This document shows positions 56,563-64,000 of a stretch of DNA of 64,000 nt, piece by piece; positions within the stretch are counted from its first letter, which is position 1; the number at the start of each line of letters is the position of its first letter. A program made the position numbers and the translations under genes. The stretch is from NCBI GenBank assembly GCA_963764215.1, contig CAVXRS010000010.1, positions 59,153 through 123,152 of the forward strand. Reading direction: 5' to 3'. This DNA is from an uncultured Actinomycetes bacterium (lineage in GTDB: Bacteria; Actinomycetota; Acidimicrobiia; Acidimicrobiales; Iamiaceae). Below the pieces are notes generated by a model. The model was not told the DNA's origin, ran no database searches, and saw only the letters and a list, made by a program, of their open reading frames with translations.

Positions 56563-57726
56563 TCAGGGCCGGCCGCCGTTGCGCAGCCTTCCGTAGAGCC
56601 GTCGCGGGGCGCGCGTGTAACGGAACAGCTTGGTGGCTTCGACCTCGGCCGCATGTCGGTGCAGGCGCTCGATTTCGGCCTCGACAGCGCTGAGCCGCCG
56701 TGCCAGGTCGGATGCTCGGTGCTCGGCGGCGCGGCGGTCCCGTTCGGCCTCGGCGGCGCGCTGTCGTGCCGTGCCCGCCTCGACTTCCCGCTGACGAACT
56801 GCCTCGTCGGCCTCGGCGAGTCGGTCGACGAGCGCCCGCTCGCCGCCGGTGGCCCCGACGAAGATGTCGCCTCGTGCTTCCAGGTTCGTGAGGGCCCCGG
56901 AGAAGTTCGCGATCACGTCGACCGCGTGGGCGGCGTACAGCTGCGGGTGCTTTCCCAGCAGGTGCACCAGGTGGTCGTGGCGCACCTGGGCACTGAGCGT
57001 CGAACGCATCGACCCGTTCCGCACCCGGTAGTCGGAACCCAGCACCCGGACCGTCGACAGCGACCAACCCGCATCGATGAGCGCGACCCACATCGCCCAA
57101 TCCTCGGAGGCCGGTACGTGCTCGTCCCACCCGTCGACCGCTTCGACGGCCCGCAACCGCAGCACCGCGCAGGTGTCCAGCTTGTTGCCCGAGAGCAGGT
57201 CCGAAACCGACGGGCGGGGCGCAGGAATCAGCGCATGCTCGAGCCCGAATTGCAGCACGTCTGCGTGCACCGCGGCAACGGTCTCGTCGGCATCCAACAC
57301 TTCCAGCGCCGCGTGCACGTACCCCGGACGCAGCAGGTTGTCGGCGTCCAGGGGGAGCACGTAGTCGGCCCGCGCGCGTCCGAGCCCGGTGTTGCGGGCA
57401 CCGGCAGGGCCGAGCCCCTCGGAGGCGAGCACGGTGACGCCTGCCGCGTGGACCTTCTCCAGCACTTCGCAGGTGAACGGATCGGTCGACCCGTCGTCGA
57501 CCACGATCATCTCCAATCCCTCCGCCGCGCAGAGTCTGACGCTCGCCAATGCATCGAGGAGAAAGTCTCCGTCGTCGTGGCACGGCGTGAGAACGGTGAC
57601 CGAGGGATCCGCCGCGGGCGGGGGCACGAGCGCCGCCACGTCGCCGGCCGACGGCGTAGCCGCCGACGACCCGTCCCATGCCCGGGCGGCTGTGACGCGG
57701 CGCTCCGCGGCATCGTCGGTGTTCAC
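56563..57726 (-). CDS. Family 2 glycosyltransferase with a C-terminal coiled coil
   Basis: VVDDGSTD and a DADN (DxD) motif. The GTG at 57726 overlaps the upstream stop (GTGA). Confidence 0.75.
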   Translation of the reverse strand: MNTDDAAERRVTAARAWDGSSAATPSAGDVAALVPPPAADPSVTVLTPCHDDGDFLLDALASVRLCAAEGLEMIVVDDGSTDPFTCEVLEKVHAAGVTVLASEGLGPAGARNTGLGRARADYVLPLDADNLLRPGYVHAALEVLDADETVAAVHADVLQFGLEHALIPAPRPSVSDLLSGNKLDTCAVLRLRAVEAVDGWDEHVPASEDWAMWVALIDAGWSLSTVRVLGSDYRVRNGSMRSTLSAQVRHDHLVHLLGKHPQLYAAHAVDVIANFSGALTNLEARGDIFVGATGGERALVDRLAEADEAVRQREVEAGTARQRAAEAERDRRAAEHRASDLARRLSAVEAEIERLHRHAAEVEATKLFRYTRAPRRLYGRLRNGGRP

Positions 57727-60091
57727 CCTCGCACCCCTGCACCCGTACGGAGCGCTTCGGCCGCCGCCACGAACGAACGGCCGGCTGATTCGAGGTCGTG
57801 GCACCCCGCGATCCGTGCCCTGGCGCGCTCGCCCAGGATCCGGCTGCCCTCAGGATCGTCCCGCACCCGCCGCAGGAGCTCGCCGGCCACCTCGACATCC
57901 GGTTCGGCCCAGGAACCGAGGCCGCCGTAGACGGGCACCGAATCGGAAATGGGCACCGACGCGGCGGGGACGAGATGGGCGACCGAAGGGTCCATGAACT
58001 CGAGGTTCCCCGAGTGCGCGGTGGCGACGCAGGGTCTGGCGCAGGCCATGGCCTCGGCGATCAGCAGCCCGAAACCCTCGGACCGGTGGAGCGAGAGAAA
58101 GCAATCGGAGAGTTGCAGGTAGGCCGTCATCGTCGCGGCGTCCACACAGCGGTCGATGATCCGCACGTCCGGACGATCACCGATGGCCATTCTGAGTGCG
58201 TCCAGATCCGCCCAGCCGAGATTCCCGTTCATGGTCTTGAACACCAGCGCCGCGCCGTCATCGGGGCCGAATGCCGACGTGTACGCGGCCAGGGCGGCGA
58301 GTGGGTTCTTCCGCTCGCCGACGCTCGTCCAGTCGAACGCACTGAGCACCACGAAGCCGTCGGGCAACCCGATGTCGGCTCTGGTTCGAGCGGTGACCCA
58401 CCGGGGAACGGGAACGGGCTGGACGACCACCCGCACCGGCAGTCCGGCCGTGCGGTACGCATCGGCGACGTAGCTGCTGTTGACCCAGACCTCGTCGACG
58501 AGCTCAGCCGCACGGAGATGGCTCTCGGGTACCTGGGAGGTCTCCCACGCCCAGAACCCCGCGGTGCGCCGCGCGGCGTACGCAGCCGGACCGAGCCGTC
58601 GGACCGCATCGGCGGTCCGGTCGGCATTGACGCACAGCACGTTGACGTCGTAGCGCCACGGACTGGGCGACACCGGAGCCACATGATCGCGTTCGACTCC
58701 GTGCCGCGATTCGTCGAGGACCCGGTCGAACGGCGCTCCGACGGTCGCCAGCGCCCGTTCCGCGCGCCGGGCGACCGTGCCGACGCTCTTCTCGGCCGCG
58801 AAGTAGCCGTACAGGTTCAGGCCCTCGAGCGGTGCAACGGCCGTGACCTGCACGAGCGGAGGCGGGAGCGACACCTCCGAGATGGCCGTTTCTTCCATGT
58901 CCGCCGGCAACTGGCCCTCGGCCCGGTGCTCGTCCAACCAGGCCATGAACCCGGGACCGGACTCGCCGCGGGGGTCGGGGAACAGCACGCGGAGCCCACC
59001 TTCGGACTCCCAGCGGCCCATCAGCACCTGGGGAATCCCACCGGGATCGCTGCGCGAAAGCAACCATTTCCCGAACGACGCGCCCCCGTCCTGATCGAAT
59101 GGGCCCGGTGGCAGCGGGGCTCCGGCCCGTTCGGCCGCTGCGAGTCCCGCCCGGTACGCACGCCGGATGGGAGTCGTCAGGACCAGCCCGTCCCGGGTTG
59201 CGCCCCACTGGTACGGCAGGAGGCGGTCCTGGAGGTACCCGGCCCTGATCAGGTGCTGTGCGTGCTGGAGACACAGACCGGCGAGCACCGGGTGGTCGGG
59301 TAGGCGCACCCGTGGGTCGGCGCCCTGGTACGAACTGAGCACGTGCGGGCGGGTTGCGTCGAAGCCGCTGAAGTGGAAGAAGCGGAGCGGGCGGCCTGCC
59401 GCTTCGGGTCGGCCGTCCGAACCGATCGCCAGCGGCCTGCCCCATACGTTCCAATAGGCGACGTTGCATCCGGGATCCCGGCAGATCGAATGGGGATACA
59501 GCGGTGCGAAGTCGACCCACCGCTGGTCGGTGAACAACATCCGGTGATGGTCGACGATCGCGTCACGACGCAGACGTTCTGCCCAGAAGTCGAGGAACCC
59601 CGACGATCGTGCACGCTCCCCGACGGCGAGGAAGCCGAGGTTGTACACCCCCGCACCCAGAATGTCGGCCTCGTCGGGGTGACGCCCGTCGCGGAGCATC
59701 GGTCGGAGAACGTGGGGCGTCAAGACCATTCCCTCGGTGGCCGCCGGCGCCACCACGTCGTCGAAGGCGGCGTACACCTCGACATCGGGGTCGAGATAGA
59801 CGACCGTGTCGTCGCCGCTCGATTCCCCCAGGCCGCGAGCAGCCACGGTTTGACGGCCGTGCAGAACTCCATCGCGGAGTAGATGCCGGCCATCCTCAAC
59901 AGTTCGTCCCGGTCCTGACCGAGATCCTCGAGTCGCCAGACGGTGACGTCGCCGCCGGGGAACGACGCCGGCGTGTCGTCGACGACGAGCACGACGAAGC
60001 GTGATCCGGGGTGGAACTCGGCGAACGACTCTGCCAGGACCCTTGCATGACACAGGTAGTTCCCGGCCACGATGGTGCATGCGGTTGGCAC
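57723..60091 (-). pseudogene. Large two-domain glycosyltransferase (N-terminal GT-A-like, C-terminal GT4); one frame switch near 59824
   Basis: The N-terminal 90 aa (MPTACTIVAGNYLCHARVLAESF...KPWLLAAWG) sit in one frame. YLDPDVEVY... and the GT4 motif EGFGLLIAEAMACARPCVAT sit in another. Confidence 0.7.
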
Positions 60092-60133
60092 GTTTCGACC
60101 CGGTTCCCTGCCTTGGTCAGCCCGACGACACCT

Positions 60134-60153
60134 GCTGATCGACGTCGATCAGC
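60134..60153. repeat. Perfect 20-bp palindrome GCTGATCGACGTCGATCAGC
   Basis: Read directly. It lies in the 93-bp gap between the CPBP gene stop and the glycosyltransferase start. Confidence 0.9.
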
Positions 60154-60184
60154 GTACTCCGCTCGCCGCGATCGTCCACGGGGT

Positions 60185-61018
60185 TCAACGGGACGCGAGG
60201 ATGATCAGGAACACCGACGCGTTGGTGAGCGAGTGGGCGATCATGCCCGTCCCCAACGAGCGTCGCTTCAGTGCAACGAATCCGAAAACCACACCGAATG
60301 CGCCGTTCGCGGTGATGAGAACGATGTTGTACAGCCCCAGGACCGGCGCGAAGTGATAGCAGCCGAACAGGATTCCCTGGAGGATGGCAGCGACCGGGGC
60401 CTTGACCCGGGTGAGCAGGCTGCGGAGGAACACGCCGCGGAAGACCAGCTCCTCGACGACGGGCGCCACGAACACCCCCACGAAGAACAGGGTGACGAGC
60501 AGGCCGATCGGTTGGGAGCGCATCAGGTCCGAGTACCGGCTCGTACTCCGGCGCAGCGCGGGGATGAAGATGAGCGGCAGCGTGACACCGATCTGCACCA
60601 TGCGCGCGACGATGAACAGCAGCGGTCCCCAGCCGAGATCGGACCAACGGAACGACACCCCGAGATTTCGCCGGAACGGTGCGGTGCGGTAGCGACGCCA
60701 GACACCCCACACGACCAGGCCGAGCCCGCCGTACACGACCACGTAGAAGACCCATTCCGAGATCTCGTACCGCGACAGGGTGGTGACCCACTGGGCCGTG
60801 GCCCCGTTGAGCAGACGACTGACGGCCACGACGGCGAACACCGCGACGAGCGCCACCCCGAAGGCCGGCCGTCGCAACGTCTCCAAGGGTGGAGCAGGTG
60901 GGTCGAGGCCAACCGCCCAACGGGCTTCGGTGGTCCAGGTGGCACCGTTCCAGTACCGGATCGACCCGGTCCACCATGGATCGGGGTACCACCCCGGCGG
61001 GAGTTGCGTGGAACTCAC
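60185..61018 (-). CDS. CPBP-family intramembrane glutamic endopeptidase with an N-terminal DUF2510-like segment
   Basis: LPPGWYPDPW...RYWNGATWT, then the EELVFRG and FGCYH motifs. Confidence 0.75.
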   Translation of the reverse strand: MSSTQLPPGWYPDPWWTGSIRYWNGATWTTEARWAVGLDPPAPPLETLRRPAFGVALVAVFAVVAVSRLLNGATAQWVTTLSRYEISEWVFYVVVYGGLGLVVWGVWRRYRTAPFRRNLGVSFRWSDLGWGPLLFIVARMVQIGVTLPLIFIPALRRSTSRYSDLMRSQPIGLLVTLFFVGVFVAPVVEELVFRGVFLRSLLTRVKAPVAAILQGILFGCYHFAPVLGLYNIVLITANGAFGVVFGFVALKRRSLGTGMIAHSLTNASVFLIILASR

Positions 61019-61075
61019 CCGGGCGAGTCTTCCACGAATCCCGGCCAGTGGTTTTGGGCGCGCTGGTGCCCGAGG

Positions 61076-63361
61076 CTACTGGCGGGCCAGACCCTCCCGG
61101 GCTGCGGCCCGGCCTGTCCCGTCGGCCGCGCCTTCCCGGGCGACGAGTTGGATCACCAGTTCGTGGAGTTCGCCGGTGAACGGGTTGGCGCCGCCGTAGC
61201 GGGCCGACACCGCGGAGCCGTGGTCGTAACCGATCGAGGATCCGACCGAGGAGATCACCCGCATCAGCAGCGGCAGGTCCGCGGTACCCGCTTCGACGCC
61301 GTCGACGGTGATCGTCACCGACCCGGCGAGACCCTCGCCGCGGCGGAAGCGCGCGCCCAGTTCGCAGGTTCCCGCGGGTACGGCCACGGACGACTCGACC
61401 ACGACGTGGTCGTCGAAGGCGTTGTAGTCCACGACCAGCCGGTCGGCCTGCACGAACACCGAGATCCCCGAGTTCTCGGTACCCGTGGCGAACAACACGC
61501 CCTCGTCGGCGGCCGCCCGGGTGACCCGCGCGGTCAGATCGAAGCTGCGTCCGCCGATCGCAGCGGACGCCTGGGCGGGGATCGGTGACAGAGGTGGCCG
61601 GTAGACGTAGCGGCGGTCGGCGGGGTGTGCCGAGTTGTCCCGGAACCGGGCGCCGAACAACTCGATCAGACGGTCGTCGAGCGGCAGCACGCCGTGGCGG
61701 TCGGCTTCGGCCCACCAGACGTCGATCAACTCGGCCAGCTTGTCGGGCTCGGCTTCGGCGAGATCGTTGCATTCGGACGGATCGTCTCCCAGGTTGAACA
61801 GCTCCCAGGTCTCGGTTGCGTAGTCGGCCCGCGGCGTGTGCTTCTGCACCGCCTTCCAGTCCCCCACCACGATCGCCCGCGACCCGCCCATCTCGAAATA
61901 CTGCGTGGTGTTCGTCGCCGGCGCCTCCGGGTCTGACAGCACCGACGCGAAGCTCGTGCCGGTCACCGGCAGCTGGTCGAAACCGCGGAAGGTCTCGGGT
62001 GCGCTCACGCCGACGAGCTCGTAGATCGTCGGCACCACGTCGGCGACGTTGACGAACTGGGTCCGCTTCGTCCCCGCCGCGGTTTCGCCCAGTCCCTCCG
62101 GCCAGTGCCAGATCATCGGCACGTGCACGCCGCCCTCGTGCGTGTTCTGCTTGTACCAACGGAACGGGGTGTTGCCGCACTGCGCCCATCCCCACGGATA
62201 GTTCGTGTGACTGTGCGGGCCACCGATGTCGTCGATCCGCTGCACGGCCTCGTCGGGGGTCTCCAAGATGCCGTTGAAGAACTTCATCTCGTGCATCACC
62301 CCGTAGGGTCCCCCCTCCTGCGAGGCGCCGTTGTCGGCCATCAGGACGATGATCGTCTCGTCCAGCACTCCGAGGTGCTCCAGGCCGGCCACGAGCCGTC
62401 CGATCTGGTCGTCGGTGTGGTCCAGAAAGGCCGCGAACGCCTCCTGGAGGCGCGCGGCCAGGCGGCGCTGATTCTCCGGCAGGTCGTCCCAGGCCTCGAC
62501 TCCCGGGTTGTGCGGCGCCAGCTTGGTGTGCGCCGGAATGATCCCGAGTTCCAGCTGCCGTTCGAAACACCGACGGCGGTGGACGTCCCAGCCGTCGTCG
62601 TAGCGGCCGCGGTACTTGGCCAGGTACTCGGGCGGGGCCTGGTGCGGCGCGTGGGTGGCGCCGAAGGGCAGGTACGCGAAGAAGGGGCGATCCGGACGCA
62701 CCCCTCGGGAATCGGCGATCATCTTCAACAGCTGATCGACGAGATCCTCGGAGAGGTGGTAGCCGTCCTCGGGACGGCCAGGCGGGTCGATCGGGTGGTT
62801 GTCGCAGGTCAGATCCGGATGGAACTGGTCGGTCTCGCCGTCGAGGAACCCGTAGAACCGGTCGAACCCCCGCGCCAGTGGCCACTGGTCGAAGGGTCCG
62901 GCCGCCGAACACTGCTCCATGGGGGCCAGATGCCATTTTCCGACACAGAACGTGCCCCAGCCAGCCGCGCCCAGCACCTCGGCGACCGTGGCGGCGTGGT
63001 TGGTGATGTGGCCGAGCTGGTTGGGGAAGCCGGTCTGGAAGTTCGACAGCGCCCGCATGCCCACCGCATGCTGGGACCGGCCGGTGAGCAGCGACGCCCG
63101 GGTCGGAGAACACAGCGGGGTCACATGGAAGTTCGTGAACTGCACGCCGCGGGTGGCGAGCTCGTCGATGTGCGGCGTGTCGATGTCCGACCCGTAACAG
63201 CCGAGCTGGGCGAACCCGGTGTCGTCCAGCAGCACCACGAGGACGTTGGGCGCATCGCTCCCCGGATGCGGGGGAACAGGAAAGTGCGGTTCGGAATCGA
63301 GGTGGGTGGTACCGATCTTCCCTTCGAACCAGTCGGGTGTCGCCATGGGGGTCGCTCTCAA
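61076..63361 (-). CDS. Arylsulfatase (Cys-type)
   Basis: Sulfatase signature CSPTRASLLTGR, plus LLDDTGF and GKWH. Confidence 0.9.
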   Translation of the reverse strand: MRATPMATPDWFEGKIGTTHLDSEPHFPVPPHPGSDAPNVLVVLLDDTGFAQLGCYGSDIDTPHIDELATRGVQFTNFHVTPLCSPTRASLLTGRSQHAVGMRALSNFQTGFPNQLGHITNHAATVAEVLGAAGWGTFCVGKWHLAPMEQCSAAGPFDQWPLARGFDRFYGFLDGETDQFHPDLTCDNHPIDPPGRPEDGYHLSEDLVDQLLKMIADSRGVRPDRPFFAYLPFGATHAPHQAPPEYLAKYRGRYDDGWDVHRRRCFERQLELGIIPAHTKLAPHNPGVEAWDDLPENQRRLAARLQEAFAAFLDHTDDQIGRLVAGLEHLGVLDETIIVLMADNGASQEGGPYGVMHEMKFFNGILETPDEAVQRIDDIGGPHSHTNYPWGWAQCGNTPFRWYKQNTHEGGVHVPMIWHWPEGLGETAAGTKRTQFVNVADVVPTIYELVGVSAPETFRGFDQLPVTGTSFASVLSDPEAPATNTTQYFEMGGSRAIVVGDWKAVQKHTPRADYATETWELFNLGDDPSECNDLAEAEPDKLAELIDVWWAEADRHGVLPLDDRLIELFGARFRDNSAHPADRRYVYRPPLSPIPAQASAAIGGRSFDLTARVTRAAADEGVLFATGTENSGISVFVQADRLVVDYNAFDDHVVVESSVAVPAGTCELGARFRRGEGLAGSVTITVDGVEAGTADLPLLMRVISSVGSSIGYDHGSAVSARYGGANPFTGELHELVIQLVAREGAADGTGRAAAREGLARQ

Positions 63362-64000
63362 TCTGTCGGTTGGCTCGCCCCGGCGGCAGCCAGGCGCATC
63401 AGCTCCCGGGCGACCATCGGGCCGGCGTTCTGATTCTGACCGGTGACGAGGTTGCCGTCGACGACCCAGTGATTGGCCAGCACGTCGCGCCGTGCCGTCG
63501 CGCTTTCGAACCGCGCTCCTCGGGCCCGCAGGTCGGACTCGGGATGCCGGGGGGTGGCCTCGATTCCCAGTTCGTGCACCTGCTTGTCGGTCACCGCACT
63601 GATCCGGCGTCCGGCGACGAAGGGTGCACCGTCGACCCCTTTCGCCTGCAGCAGGCCGAGTGGTCCGTGGCAGATGCCGCCGATGGCGGCACCCCTGGCA
63701 TTGGCCGCGGTGACCAGCGCGCCCAGCTCCACCGAGTCGCCCAGGTCGAATGCGGCTCCCCAGCCACCGGCGAGATACACGATCGCATAGTCGTCCGCGT
63801 CGAGATCCCCCACCGCCAGCGAGTCGTCGAGCGCGCTCCGCAGCTCGTCGTCGGCGAGCAGACGATCGTCGGCCGCGGTGCGCAGCGCGGCCCGCATCGA
63901 CAACGGATCGACCGGGATCGTGCCACCCTGCGGGCTCGCCAGGTCGACGGTCGCGCCGGCGTCGGCGAACGCGTAGTAGGGCACGGTCATCTCGCTGGCG
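63358..64000 (-). CDS. DJ-1/PfpI (type 1 glutamine amidotransferase-like) protein; 5' end outside the window
   Basis: The nucleophile elbow ICHGP and the family-typical PYYAFADAGATVDLASPQGG. The reading frame stays open to the window edge. Confidence 0.7.
   Translation of the reverse strand, partial: ASEMTVPYYAFADAGATVDLASPQGGTIPVDPLSMRAALRTAADDRLLADDELRSALDDSLAVGDLDADDYAIVYLAGGWGAAFDLGDSVELGALVTAANARGAAIGGICHGPLGLLQAKGVDGAPFVAGRRISAVTDKQVHELGIEATPRHPESDLRARGARFESATARRDVLANHWVVDGNLVTGQNQNAGPMVARELMRLAAAGASQPTD

Noticed and set aside
60117-63113. 998-aa minus-strand ORF overlapping the CPBP protease and sulfatase genes.
   Set aside because: It is an alternative frame of two genes that carry clear family signatures. 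Its composition is dominated by Arg/Pro/Gly.
1-64000. CRISPR arrays, tRNA, rRNA and tmRNA.
   Set aside because: I inspected the intergenic regions. There are no regularly spaced repeats and no T-loop/acceptor patterns (GGTTCGAATCC-like) outside coding sequence.

Overview
High-GC (about 70%) actinobacterial core-chromosome segment. Gene order matches the conserved block known from the Mycobacterium tuberculosis Rv2718c-Rv2753c region: nrdR, LysM protein, lexA, dapE/D/C, hflX, dapF, miaA, miaB, recA, cinA, pgsA, rimO, ftsK, rnj, dapA. The left flank holds an MtrAB-like two-component system, glpK, a membrane glycosyltransferase, csoR and nrdJ. The right flank holds fatty-acid activation/oxidation genes, a glycosyltransferase cluster, a CPBP protease and an arylsulfatase. 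I found no rRNA, tRNA or CRISPR. The most unusual structure is a roughly 2.9-kb AT-richer island in the 3' end of recA. It is bounded by 253-bp direct repeats that duplicate the last 66 recA codons. It carries a glutamic (G1-type) peptidase homologue, a coupled small membrane protein and a GNAT-domain protein, but no recombinase. Second, many conserved housekeeping genes (lexA, dapE, dapF, miaA, cinA, a SURF1-like gene, a large glycosyltransferase) can only be read by switching frames, with a hot spot at 15.3-16.2 kb. Perfectly conserved SOS boxes argue that LexA is functional, so assembly indels are the leading explanation, but real pseudogenisation cannot be excluded from sequence alone. Other items are four SOS boxes, a weak NrdR-box candidate upstream of nrdJ, a C-rich-loop hairpin plus terminator (6C-like sRNA candidate, or a G4 motif on the other strand) upstream of ftsK, and two perfect palindromes. 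All calls come from reading the sequence and ORF track by eye. Start codons are approximate, and no database search or computation was run.
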